Positions 39,650-52,530 are shown, counted from the first letter of the whole stretch. The stretch is 63,389 nt of DNA, filler included, from Octopus bimaculoides (GCF_001194135.2; 7 parts of 5 records of this genome joined end to end with filler, not necessarily neighbours in it); one strand, 5' to 3'. Made by a program: numbers and translations. The notes: generated from the sequence alone by a model not told the origin.

Positions 39650-40596
39650 CTCCGCCGCCATTAGTGGGGCGGAGTTGGCAGTATTGAAGGAAACTAAGCC
39701 ACGCTCCAGCTAGCATCGACCTTCCACAATTTGCCAGCTTGACAGGTCTGTCACGTGAGACGCAAGACGTTCATTTCAGTGCACGTGCGCACGTTCGCTT
39801 GCACGCCTGCACGGGCACGGATATTCAGGAAAGACTAGAAAGGGTGTGTGCGTGCGTGTGTATGTGTATGTNNNNNNNNNNNNNNNNNNNNNNNNNNNNN
39901 NNNNNNNNNNNNNNNNNNNNNNNNNNNNNNNNNNNNNNNNNNNNNNNNNNNNNNNNNNNNNNNNNNNNNNNNNNNNNNNNNNNNNNNNNNNNNNNNNNNN
40001 NNNNNNNNNNNNNNNNNNNNNNNNNNNNNNNNNNNNNNNNNNNNNNNNNNNNNNNNNNNNNNNNNNNNNNNNNNNNNNNNNNNNNNNNNNNNNNNNNNNN
40101 NNNNNNNNNNNNNNNNNNNNNNNNNNNNNNNNNNNNNNNNNNNNNNNNNNNNNNNNNNNNNNNNNNNNNNNNNNNNNNNNNNNNNNNNNNNNNNNNNNNN
40201 NNNNNNNNNNNNNNNNNNNNNNNNNNNNNNNNNNNNNNNNNNNNNNNNNNNNNNNNNNNNNNNNNNNNNNNNNNNNNNNNNNNNNNNNNNNNNNNNNNNN
40301 NNNNNNNNNNNNNNNNNNNNNNNNNNNNNNNNNNNNNNNNNNNNNNNNNNNNNNNNNNNNNNNNNNNNNNNNNNNNNNNNNNNNNNNNNNNNNNNNNNNN
40401 NNNNNNNNNNNNNNNNNNNNNNNNNNNNNNNNNNNNNNNNNNNNNNNNNNNNNNNNNNNNNNNNNNNNNNNNNNNNNNNNNNNNNNNNNNNNNNNNNNNN
40501 NNNNNNNNNNNNNNNNNNNNNNNNNNNNNNNNNNNNNNNNNNNNNNNNNNNNNNNNNNNNNNNNNNNNNNNNNNNNNNNNNNNNNNNNNNNNNNNN

Positions 40597-40655
<59 letters not shown>

Positions 40656-40742
40656 CACGTATACTTTTGCATATATTAATTTGAGTTCGGAAAACAATAC
40701 AACACTACCGCCTGTCACGTGACCGCATCATCTGTGACATCA
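39650..40742. promoter_or_regulatory. Candidate promoter or enhancer (GC box, YY1-like site, E-boxes)
   Basis: CCGCCAT (about 39655-39661), GGGGCGGAG (39666-39674), GTCACGTGA (39750-39758), CACGTG (39782-39787), GTCACGTGAC (40714-40723) and TGACATCA (40735-40742). The region is locally CpG-rich and split by a 725-N gap. Confidence 0.35.
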
Positions 40743-42175
40743 GAGTTGCTACACCACCATCACCGCCACTACCTAAAGGGGTATGCCTGAACTCTTCAAC
40801 CCATCCCACGCGCACACATACACAGTGGCTTCCAGCTATGTCTAAATATAACAATATCTCGATTCGCTTTGTAGACGAGGTATACTAAGGTTATGTAGAA
40901 TAAAGTGACTTGTCTAGAGTTACAGAGAAAAGCTTACGTTGTATTTTAGCTATGCGCTGCCACCGTCAGTATATTATCTGCGCAACCATCCAGTCATTTC
41001 GCCTTCATATACATATAGAAACATATTTTTACATACATACATATAGAAAGAAAATATGTATAGAGTTACATAATCGTGCATTCGATTTTTGGACCAGGTA
41101 GTGCATTGTGCCCTTGATCATATCTCTTATGTATGTAGTGCGTTTAAAAACACAAAACTATATCAGGAGCAGACGAAAATGATCCAGCAGCTCTGATGAG
41201 TATGCTAGATGCGCATTTCTGCGTTTTTGAGCTTTGTCAGTAACATATAACCACTGGCAACTGCAAGCTAAGACAAAATCTGCTGCAACTGATATAAGAG
41301 AACAGTGACTGAAAAATCGCCTTCGCAACACCTTTGATATGCCTTTTCGGTATGGATCTACGTTAAGTGTGATGCACAATTGTCTATGTCACTCTAGCTC
41401 TATGTTAATTGACTTCGAAAATAATGAATAAGTGAGTAAGATAACGTTGTCATTATTGAGTTGGAGTTTGGAACATCAAGAGACAAGAAATATTGATAGG
41501 TTTTAATTTACATCACATTAAACCAACATGTTTGTACCATAGAAACAGTAGCATCCACAGGTGGGTTGGCATCGAAATAGTTAAACACAACCAGAGGATA
41601 TTGACGTGGTCACCTGACCTACCTCAAATAGTAGAGAATTTCACTCAAGTCTCACTACTTAAACAACGAAGTAGTCTCACCTATTCCATTGGTTGAAATA
41701 CATTGACATGATGGTCACGGTTGGACCGTTCACTCAAGATTTGCTTTACTTGTGGCTAAGAAGCAACAAAATAATGTTTGACCGTTTCTTGGACCTTTTC
41801 TAATCGTTTCTTCTAATCTATCATTGTTATTCGCTACTTCATCACTAAATCCTGCTGATTCTGCTCAAATTGCTGGTTTCAGAAAGTCCTGCCAACGGGG
41901 AACATGTTTAACTTCGTTCGTTAATCCGACTACTAGAAAACATTATTTAAAACATCTTTTCGTGCGCGCGCGTGTGTGATTCCCATATAATGCCTCCATC
42001 TTCCCCTCCCACAAAAGGAACAGCTCAGTATCAGGTTAACCCCAAATTAAGGCACTGTCCATACTGGACATGACATCATTCCCACTACCAGCTCACCGGC
42101 AAATCTGAATGATCAATCATGTCATCTCTCCCCTATTCCCTCAGCCCTCTAAACCACCAGCCCTTTAATCTAGAC

Positions 42176-42514
42176 CAGTGATTCTCAACCATTTATTATT
42201 TTTATCTATGAACCCCTTTGTGTACTATTCTGTTCTGGTGGACCCATGAAGCCATTCGATGTTTAAAAACTAGTTTCACAGGCACATTCAAAATTCCCAT
42301 TTTGTTATTCACAGATTAATTTGAAGATTGAACTTTGTAGCGGCTTTTTGTTTTTGGTGGGGAGAATTGCTATAAACACATCTGAATCAGAACATTTTTT
42401 GGGACCCTTAGAATACTATTGTAGATCCCCCAATTTACTATTTTGCTTGCGTTGAACCCCCAAAATCTTATATGAACCCCAAAGGGTCGTATGGATACCG
42501 ACAGAGAACCAAAG
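42176..42514. mobile_element. hAT (Charlie-like) MITE
   Basis: Exact 8-bp TSD ATCTAGAC at 42168-42175 and 42515-42522. The left TIR is CAGTGATTCTCAACC and the right TIR is degenerate. Confidence 0.82.
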
Positions 42515-43076
42515 ATCTAGACCCTAGTCTTCATATTTACATTCATCGCCCATACAATTTATTGTCGAGGGCATCCTATTTCTCTGCTTCCAATCCGGCA
42601 GAAACTGATGCCGTTTAATAAAACTATATTAAGATGCTGCTTTTCTCTATTGCAGTCGCAGTTTCAAAGCCTGTTGCGGACAACTTTGCCTTTGAATGCC
42701 CCAAACTCTATGTAATAATCGTTTGTTGGGTGAATCGATAAAATCGATTAAAGCGGTAAAGTCAAAGGAATGATAGGGTGTTGTTGCTGCCATTGTATAC
42801 TCCCTAGGGATATATATACATACATAATGCATATATATATACGCACACATGCACACACGCACACACATGCACAAATGTGTGTGTGTGTGTGTGTGTGTGT
42901 GTTTACTTTACAATACTTTCATTAAAAACTCTACAAATGTATTGAGGTTTCTCTTCCTTAAAGATAGAAATACTTCGTAAACTACAAGCATAGGGTACAA
43001 AGTATTCTATCTATCTATCTATCAATCTATCTATACATCTATCTATCTATCTATTTCTCAATGTCCTCCTACCTAT

Positions 43077-43119
<43 letters not shown>

Positions 43120-43328
43120 AACACACATAAACACACACACACACATACAAACACACATAAACACACACACACACACACACACACACGTCTGAGCGCACAT
43201 GCAGTGAATTAAGAGACATTATAATGGACGCGGGATTAAGGTTTCTTAGCAGAACAGTTGTGTCTTGGAGTGGATGGTAAAATAGGGACACGCACATGCA
43301 TGCACGCACACACAAGCACATGCACACG

Positions 43329-43383
<55 letters not shown>

Positions 43384-43685
43384 NNNNNNNNNNTACACAC
43401 ACATCCCACAAACACACACATCCCACAAACACACACATACACACATATGTACGTTTGTGATGCGTGTGTGTGTGTGTATCTGTCTGTCTATATGTTTGTG
43501 GTGCGTATGTGTGTTTGTGTGTAAACATGTATGTGTGTCTAGAAGTGTATGGTTAAAAGAGACACATTTTTGTGCCTGCGTGTAAACGTATGTGTGTGTG
43601 TGTGTGCGTATGTGTGTGCGTATGTGTGTGCGTATGTGTGTGATATGGGGGAGGGAGAGGNNNNNNNNNNNNNNNNNNNNNNNNN

Positions 43686-43741
<56 letters not shown>

Positions 43742-44399
43742 CTGTATACGGAGACACCACTCTATAGACACGTGCTGAATGGTCGACAGAGCAGCTTGCT
43801 GTGTGCACACAACCAGATAATAAAAGACCATTTTCCCTCTATTTGTTAATACAAAAGGTTTCTCGCTCATTCATACGTTACCCACACCATCACCCCTATC
43901 CTGCCGACGCCTTACGGACGCACCATGCGTCACCGCACTGCATCCAGCGGTCTCTTACGTCATTTTAACGCCCCTCCATAGCGCCACATTATTTGCAGCA
44001 CTGCTCACTATCTTCCCGCTGCCATCATCTTTCCTCCCGCATTGTATCACACCTCCCCCGAACACCGTACCCCATCATACTAATCCCTACAACTAAAACA
44101 TCACAATAGTCACTTTTTCACACTGCAGGCGGCACTAAACAACACACCTCAACATACAGTCCAACACTCCATCACACAGTATCGATAATCCACAATAATC
44201 CCCATTAGATCCACATGGATTTTATTTCAAGACCCTGTACATAGGTTTAGCTTTGTGGCCTGGCGTTGATCCAATTACTACAAAAGTTCTTCCTCTTGGC
44301 TATGTCGTAGTCTACCGTATGTGAGACTCACCGTTAATGTTTCTTACAGTTAAGCACTCTCTTTCTCTCTATATATTTCTTCTTTTTCCTTCTCTATAA

Positions 44400-44405
44400 T
44401 ATGTG

Positions 44406-44442
<37 letters not shown>

Positions 44443-44937
44443 TCTTTTATCCTTTTCTTTTATTTGTTTCAGTCATTTGACTGCGGCCTTGCTGGAGCAC
44501 TGTCTTTAGCCGAAAAAATCGACTCCAGGACTTCTTTGTAAGCCTAATATTTATTCTGTCGGTCTCTTTGGCCGAACCGCTATATAACGGGGGACGTAAA
44601 CACACCAGCATGTGAAGACGCGTGGCTTAGTGGTTCGGGCATTCGGCTCACGATCGTAAGGTCACGAGTTCAATTCCCAGCGACGCGTTGTGTCCTTGAG
44701 CAAGACACTTTATTCCATGTTGCTCCAGTCCTAATCAGCTGGCAAAAATGAGTAGTACCTGTATTTTAAAGGGCCAGCCTTGTCACACTCTGTGTCACGC
44801 TGAATCTCCATGAAAACTACGTTAAGAGTACACGTGTTCGCGGAGTGCTCAGCCACTTGCACGTTAATTTCACGAGCAAGCTGTTCCGTTGATCGTATCA
44901 GCTGGGACCTTTGTCGTCGTAACAGATGGAGTGCTCC
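44400..44937. mobile_element. Family C SINE (+, 44612-44937) abutting or inserted into a family A SINE (-, 44400-44611)
   Basis: The tRNA head GCGTGGCTTAGTGGTTCGG..GAGTTCAATTCCC and GTGTCCTTGAGCAAGACACTT begin directly after the family A block GTAAACACACCAGCAT. Confidence 0.8.
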
Positions 44938-45074
44938 TATATATATATATTAGATATATACGTATATGTATACATTTATATATATGTATATCTATAAAGA
45001 TTAACGTATATAGTTATATATATACCTACACACATATATTTTTATGTATATGTGTTTGAATACATACATGCATA

Positions 45075-45256
45075 CATTCATATATAGGGAGGATTCACAA
45101 AAAAAAGACGAAGACAAGTGGTGTAGACAACAAACAGATGTATTAGGTTAATGCTCGTAAAATGGAAAAGTCTTTAACGTTTCGAGGAGGGAAAATAAAG
45201 AATTTGTAGTGGCTAGCGATCTGTCATGGCGAATACATACAATATATTTATAACAT

Positions 45257-45319
<63 letters not shown>

Positions 45320-48300
45320 CCAGAAAATTTTCTTTCTGGAACATGATCAAAAACAACCACAAGGCAGAAATTTATGAACACTGGTTAAACTCTGCACCAA
45401 TAATTCTGCCACATAAATTCCAAATTAAACGCATTCCAAACGAACAGGACCAACAAAGACAATTAAGGGAGAAACTAACACTGGAAAAAAATGAAGACAG
45501 AAATAGAACTCCATAAGCAATGAACAAAAATTTAACAACATAGATGAGGAAATCTACAACGAACTAAAGAAACATTCACATGGTCAACGCTTGGAAAGTG
45601 TCTTTAAACTGTGGAAAACAGCTTGTGAAGCTGAAGAAACAAGCCCCCAACAGCGCTGGGGAAAACAAGCCAATTTCTTTATTAACTACGAATCACAGTT
45701 CAACATAGAATATGCATCGGAGAACCCCTTCTTGAAGAAAAATAAACCAAAAACATACACAGAAATGAACCCACGCTTATCTAACACAAACCACAGACGG
45801 TCAAGGGGAAACAACTCCACCGACCTGACCTCTCTTACATTCCAAAATAACTTGCAAACAACAATCAGGAATTCAGCTCACAATAAAATAAATCTGGACG
45901 TAATCCTCATGGCATCCTACATACAAATCAAAGGTTCCATCGAAACCTCCAGACTAACCTAAACTTTTGGGAACCAATTCCTACCAATCCACCTCTATCT
46001 TCTCACAATAAATGGAATAATTTACCTCTGAGACTTAACCCTCAACAATGTTACTTCAATCATTCAACAAGACACAACCTAACTAGACAACATAACTTCT
46101 CCCTCCACCCACATTACAATATTAAAAATAAATTTAACCCTAACCACATCAACCATAGACAATATAACAACCCTCAGTACAACCATAATCTAGCCCGCTT
46201 AACTGCCACTCCACCACCAACATATTACCACAGACACACTTTACACCCATTTTCTCCTCAGCAAACCAAACACNNNNNNNNNNNNNNNNNNNNNNNNNNN
46301 NNNNNNNNNNNNNNNNNNNNNNNNNNNNNNNNNNNNNNNNNNNNNNNNNNNNNNNNNNNNNNNNNNNNNNNNNNNNNNNNNNNNNNNNNNNNNNNNNNNN
46401 NNNNNNNNNNNNNNNNNNNNNNNNNNNNNNNNNNNNNNNNNNNNNNNNNNNNNNNNNNNNNNNNNNNNNNNNNNNNNNNNNNNNNNNNNNNNNNNNNNNN
46501 NNNNNNNNNNNNNNNNNNNNNNNNNNNNNNNNNNNNNNNNNNNNNNNNNNNNNNNNNNNNNNNNNNNNNNNNNNNNNNNNNNNNNNNNNNNNNNNNNNNN
46601 NNNNNNNNNNNNNNNNNNNNNNNNNNNNNNNNNNNNNNNNNNNNNNNNNNNNNNNNNNNNNNNNNNNNNNNNNNNNNNNNNNNNNNNNNNNNNNNNNNNN
46701 NNNNNNNNNNNNNNNNNNNNNNNNNNNNNNNNNNNNNNNNNNNNNNNNNNNNNNNNNNNNNNNNNNNNNNNNNNNNNNNNNNNNNNNNNNNNNNNNNNNN
46801 NNNNNNNNNNNNNNNNNNNNNNNNNNNNNNNNNNNNNNNNNNNNNNNNNNNNNNNNNNNNNNNNNNNNNNNNNNNNNNNNNNNNNNNNNNNNNNNNNNNN
46901 NNNNNNNNNNNNNNNNNNNNNNNNNNNNNNNNNNNNNNNNNNNNNNNNNNNNNNNNNNNNNNNNNNNNNNNNNNNNNNNNNNNNNNNNNNNNNNNNNNNN
47001 NNNNNNNNNNNNNNNNNNNNNNNNNNNNNNNNNNNNNNNNNNNNNNNNNNNNNNNNNNNNNNNTAAACCACCTCCCGAAGACAATAAGTGAAGGAACCCT
47101 GTTAGTATCATTCGATGTGGTGAATTTGTACACCAATATCCTACACGATTAGAAGCGATCACCTTCTGGCTAGAAAAATACCCACAAGAGATCCCAGGGC
47201 GCATCAACCACAGATTCATAATCGCAGCACTCAAATTCATCCTACTGAACAACTATTTCCTGTTCGATACGGCTTACTATCGACAAAAATGTGGAATTGC
47301 AATGGGAACCCGAGCTGCGCCAGTGATTGCGAACCTTGTAATGGGTTACCTAGAGCTTAAAATATATCAAACATCATTACAAAAATATGGCAACTCTTTT
47401 CATTGCTATTTAAAGGAGAACTGGAAGAGGTATTAGGACGATTGCTTTATACTTTGGAAAGATAGCATGGAGAAACTCCTTGATTTCAAAGTAATGCTTA
47501 ACAATATTAATAGCAACATACAATTCACTATGGGACGCAGCAGTAAAAAACTCCTTTTTCTTGACATCCTAATTAAAATAGTCAATAACCACATAGAAAC
47601 AGACATCTTCTATAAACCTACAGATTCTAAACAATACTTATTATTTAACTCATGCCACCCCAAACACATAAAAATTAATATAACTTATAATCTAGCNNNN
47701 NNNNNNTTTTTGTGAACACATTACCAGTTTTCCTTTTAATACCCTACAAAAACAACCAATTAAATCCAACCTTAATGTAAATGAATGGAAAGAACTAATT
47801 GAGATAAAAAATGATTCAAACCTCACAATTAAAGAAACCGACAAAGAAGTGCGGTAGTGGTGATGGACACAGAGTACTACAAAAAGTTAATACTATCCAT
47901 GCTGGAAAATAATATTTACTGAGAAGATAGTACAATACAACCCATAAAAGACTCTTAAAAAGTTATCCTCCTTACTTCAAATACATGGAAAGGGCCTCAC
48001 TAAACATGAAATTGACTAGTTATTCAATTTTATATATAGACCTAGTCTATTCTATGGATTACCTAAAATACACAAAAATCCACATATTTGTAAAGCTTGC
48101 AAAGTTTCTCCAAGCCTCTTCATTAATGTTCCCTCCCCCCTACTGACCTCAGACTGAGACCCATCATTGCTGGCCCTGCTTGTGAAACCCACCGTTTGAG
48201 CAACTTCCTCGACATCTTACTCAAACTGTTTCTAAAATATGTGAACCGCTTCATCAGGGATGACTTGGATATGCTAAACCACCTCCCGAAGACAATAAGT

Positions 48301-48432
48301 GAAGGAACCCTGTTAGTATCATTCGATGTGGTGAATTTGTACACCAATATCCTACACGATTAGAAGCGATCACCTTCTGGCTAGAAAAATACCCACAAGA
48401 GATCCCAGGGCGCATCAACCACAGATTCATAA
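45075..48432 (+). mobile_element. Penelope-like element with a probable inverted 5' pseudo-LTR relic; gapped and mis-ordered
   Basis: RT motifs LVSFDVVNLYTNI, YRQKCGIAMGTRAAP, WKRYLDDCF, FLDILI and YKPTDSKQYLLFNSCHP (47064-47696). An upstream RT part (YGLPKIHK, LRPIIAGPAC) sits at 47707-48432, and N-terminal remnants at 45310-46270. Confidence 0.88.
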
Positions 48433-48532
48433 NNNNNNNNNNNNNNNNNNNNNNNNNNNNNNNNNNNNNNNNNNNNTTAATTAATTAANNNNNNNNNNNN
48501 NNNNNNNNNNNNNNNNNNNNNNNNNNNNNNNN

Positions 48533-48563
<31 letters not shown>

Positions 48564-48642
48564 ATATAAATATGTATGTATGTATATATATATATGTATG
48601 TATATATATATATATGTATGTATGTATATATATATATGTATG

Positions 48643-48699
<57 letters not shown>

Positions 48700-49352
48700 T
48701 AATTCTACTATAGCCTTGGGCTGACCAAAGTCCTGTGAGTGGATCTGGTAGATGGAAATTGAAAGACGCTCATCATATATATATATATACATATATATAT
48801 ATGTGTGTGTGTATGTATACTTTTGTGTCTGTGTTTGTCCCCCACCGCACCCCATCGCCACTTGACAACCAGGGTTGATGTGTTTGTGTCCCCATAACTT
48901 AGCAGTTTGGCAAAAGAGACCTATAGAATAGATAGCACTTCTTAAAAAGAAAAAAAAGTACTGGGGATCAATTTATTCTACTAAAATTCAAGGTGGTGCC
49001 CCAGCATGGCCACAATCTAGTGACTGAAACAAGTAAAAAGATTTAAAACAAAAATTATAATGTGCTACCCCTCATCTGCTTGCATAAAGCTCTCCTCGTT
49101 GGGGATTGTAGTCCTACAAGCTGAATGGCATTTTCACTAGCACTGGTGGCACATTAAAAATACCCAAAATAAATGCAGTATACAATGTAAAATGGTTGGC
49201 ATCAGGAATGGCATGCAGTGATAGAAGCCATGCTAAAGCAGGCATTGGAGCATAATGCAGTCTTTGGAGCCATCAGATGCTGACACGCCATTCAGCTTAT
49301 GCCAGCATGGAATGTGGGCACTAAAATGTGGTGATGATGATTATGATGATGA

Positions 49353-49415
<63 letters not shown>

Positions 49416-49505
49416 CTTTATTTAAAAGCAGCAGAAATATAACAAAAGACTGTTACTCGGAGTTTCACGTTCCTGTTCATCGGACAGTTTTGTTAGAAAA
49501 TCAAA

Positions 49506-49545
49506 ACTGTCCGATGAACGGGCACGTGAAACTCTGAGTAACAGT
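49506..49545 (+). ncRNA. Minimal type I hammerhead with a CCGAUGA core variant; mirror copy on the - strand at about 49449-49488
   Basis: ACTGT-CCGATGA-ACG GGCA CGT-GAAAC-TCTGA-GTA-ACAGT. Stem I is 5 bp, stem II is 3 bp, and stem III is near-palindromic. Confidence 0.7.
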
Positions 49546-49648
49546 CTTTTGTTATATTTCTGCTGCTTTTAAATAAAGCATATTACTCTACCTCTGGTAT
49601 TTGAGTACTCTTTTTTCCACCTTGTTGCACATTTTATGTGCTTACTCC

Positions 49649-49689
<41 letters not shown>

Positions 49690-50269
49690 GTATATATATG
49701 TATATATTATCATCATCATCATTTAGCATCCGTTGTCCATACTGGCATAAAGTGAAGCAGAAAGTTAAAGAAGTTTACTACTCAGGTAGATTAATAGTTG
49801 TGATAATAAGTTAGTTGTCAACTAGAATAGACACAAAAAATGTTCATACCACCAAAAGATCCCAAGGACAAAGTGTCCAATGCCAAATTAGTCAACATTG
49901 AATCAGCAACACAGAAACCGTTTTGCCAAATGTCTCATACTCTCTCACACTTGTGCCTTTCCTCACAATCTTCCTCTTTCTCACCCATTTTATCTCTTTA
50001 TTTCTGTATTGCCCCATCTCACCCTTATTTCCATCCTGTGTTCACTAGATCTTCCTCTGTGTCCACTCCTTTTCCTGCTGCTGCATTTCGGTGAATTCTT
50101 CCTGTGCCTTCTCATTTCTCGATCCACTTGCACTATTTCTTGTGGCCATCTCTCCCCATTTTTGTCCCTCTCTCTCTCTCCTTTTCTTTCTTTCTCTCTT
50201 CCCTCTCTTTCTCCTTTCCACTCTCTCTCTCTCTCTCTGTTTATGTCATAATAATAATCCTTTCTACTA

Positions 50270-50735
50270 TAGGCACAAGGCCTGAAGTTCATGGGGAGGG
50301 GACTAGTCGATTACATTGACCCCACTACTCAACTGGTACTCATTTTATCGACTCCCAAAGGATGAAAGGCAAAGTTGACCTTGGTAGAATTTGAACTCAG
50401 AACATGAAGACAGACAAACTGCTGCTAAACATTTCAGCCGGCATGCTTAATAATTCTGCCAGCTCACCACCTTAATAATAATAATAAAAATAATAATGAT
50501 AATAATAATAATAATAATCCTTTCTAATATAGGCACAAGGCCTAAAATTTCAGTGGGTGTAGGGGCTAGTCGATTACATTGACCCCAGTGCTTGATTGGT
50601 ACTTATTTTATTGCCCCTAAAAGGATGAAAGGCAAAGTAAACCTTAGCAGAATTTGATCTCAGAGTGTAAAAGACAGACAAAATACCGATAAACATTTCG
50701 CCCAGTGTGTTAACGATTCTGCCAGCTTGCCACCT
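50270..50735 (-). mobile_element. Two tandem family B SINEs separated by (AAT)n
   Basis: Both copies contain GGCACAAGGCCT..GATGAAAGGCAAAG..TTCTGCCAGCT. Confidence 0.85.
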
Positions 50736-50752
50736 TGATGATGATGATGATG

Positions 50753-50798
<46 letters not shown>

Positions 50799-50916
50799 TA
50801 ATAATGCTAAATCTATGATTTTTATTATCATGGACGCAAAACTCAAGTTAAGTGATAACACAAACACACAACACAAACACCACCACCACCACAGCAAGAT
50901 AACACAGCTCACATTG

Positions 50917-50950
<34 letters not shown>

Positions 50951-51279
50951 ACAATCAGATGAAACTCTAAAACATAAGAAACAAAGAAAAAAAAAGACAA
51001 ATTTCATGTAACATACACCATTCTACATGCCTGGAATACAATGGTGAACTCACATCTCTGGAACGTGGTTGTTTAATTGGTGGTGTAACAGAAAGTAGCA
51101 TGCAGCTGTTATAAACAACAGCAAATTTTGGCTCAAGGCCAGCAATTTTAGTGGGTGGAGCTTAGTTGATTACATTGACCTAGTATATGACTGGTACTCC
51201 ACTTCTAGTTACAGCTTGTGTTTACCACTTTATCATTTACTGACACAGGCTAGAACTAGTGTTTTTAGATTACCCCTGC

Positions 51280-51310
<31 letters not shown>

Positions 51311-51344
51311 TAATTCTCTAAATGAAGTATTAACAGTAACTGCA

Positions 51345-51398
<54 letters not shown>

Positions 51399-51742
51399 GC
51401 CTGCTATATATATNNNNNNNNNNAAAAGTTCCTGGCTTTGGGTAAAAGAAAATACAGGAAGATCAGTTAATTATGATTTTATTCAACATATTCCCCTCTC
51501 AGATTCTCACACTTATTGCAGCCGTCCTTCAGTTTTTCTAAACCCTGTAAAAGAACTCGGAAGGTTGGGCCTCCAACCAGGCCTTTTGCAAAACACTTAA
51601 AGCCAGGAACTTTTCAGCACCCCATCATATGTGTGTGTATATTTATGTGTATGTGTATATTTATGTGTGTTTATATTTGTGTGTGTGTGTGTGTGTGTTA
51701 AAACGATTTTCCAGTAACAATTGTTATGTTTTTCTGCTGTAG

Positions 51743-51888
51743 GTGTACAAAGACGTCAGCGTCGTGTTCTAGATACATCTTCCACCTATGTTCGTGGGGA
51801 GGAGAACCTTAATGGCTGGCGGCCCCGTGGTGACTCTTTAATCTTAGAACACCAATGGGAACTTGAGAAACTCACTCGACTGGAAATG
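51743..51888 (+). CDS. KIF1A: Kinesin-3 unc-104/KIF1A internal exon (146 bp)
   Basis: [49 protein letters not shown] closely matches the KIF1A/unc-104 tail as I remember it ([40 protein letters not shown]). The acceptor is TGTAG and the donor is GTAAGA. Confidence 0.93.
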
Positions 51889-52089
51889 GTAAGAGTTTAT
51901 TGTCTGTCGTGAATGGAGTATGACTGGCAAAAGATGTCTGCCTACCACATTTGTGTGTTAGAATATAATTTTGTGTATTTATATTTTGAGACACACAACA
52001 AAGACTGGACTTTGTGGTGGATGTTGTGTCTTAGCAAAACCAAATACCAAATTTCTAACTGTATTTTGCTTTGATGTTGTTGTTAACAG

Positions 52090-52407
52090 GTAGAGAAGGC
52101 ACGGCACATTCTCCTGTTGAGAAAGAAACTTGGTGAACAAAACAAAACTCAAGAGCTGAGCAAACTTGATAAAGATGCGTCCAACATGTATGCAAAAGCC
52201 AAGTCACAACGTGCCAAGGAAGAAGAGCTGAAAGGAGATGATGACAAAGACCTCTCCACTGATGGAACTGATAAGAAACTGAAATTTTCCAATCCCGGTG
52301 GACCTATACCAGATTTCGTCACTAATGGCGACGCCAACAAGGAATTGACAGCCAAATGTCTACGACTCCTATTACAAGGACGTCTACCCCTCAGCTCTCA
52401 GAACAAG
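52090..52407 (+). CDS. KIF1A: unc-104/KIF1A internal exon (318 bp)
   Basis: VEKARHILLLRKKL..ELTAKCLRLLLQG matches KIF1A VEKTRHYLLLREKL..ELAVKCLRLL. It is in frame with the previous exon. The acceptor is AACAG and the donor is GTAAGT. Confidence 0.92.
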
Positions 52408-52530
52408 GTAAGTTTTTCTATTGATTTCTTCATTCTTCTGTGTCAGGGATTTTTTCAGTCGCTTTTTGAAGTCTCAAGGTGGGCCCTGAAGGTTCGAGAA
52501 AGTGAACTCTGCTACTTTGTTATTTTGCAG

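Noticed and set aside
42641-42760. Strong acceptor TTTTCTCTATTGCAG followed by short open frames
   Set aside because: The peptides match nothing I recognise, including KIF1A, and the donor is weak.
44615-44685. tRNA-like sequence with A and B boxes (also 14695-14760 and 53930-54000)
   Set aside because: There is no complete acceptor stem, and the sequence continues into SINE bodies, so these are SINE heads rather than tRNA genes.
45165-45200. GAAACGTTAAAGAC on the - strand upstream of the 45-48 kb PLE
   Set aside because: The CUGANGA half is absent, so it is counted only as a probable pseudo-LTR relic.
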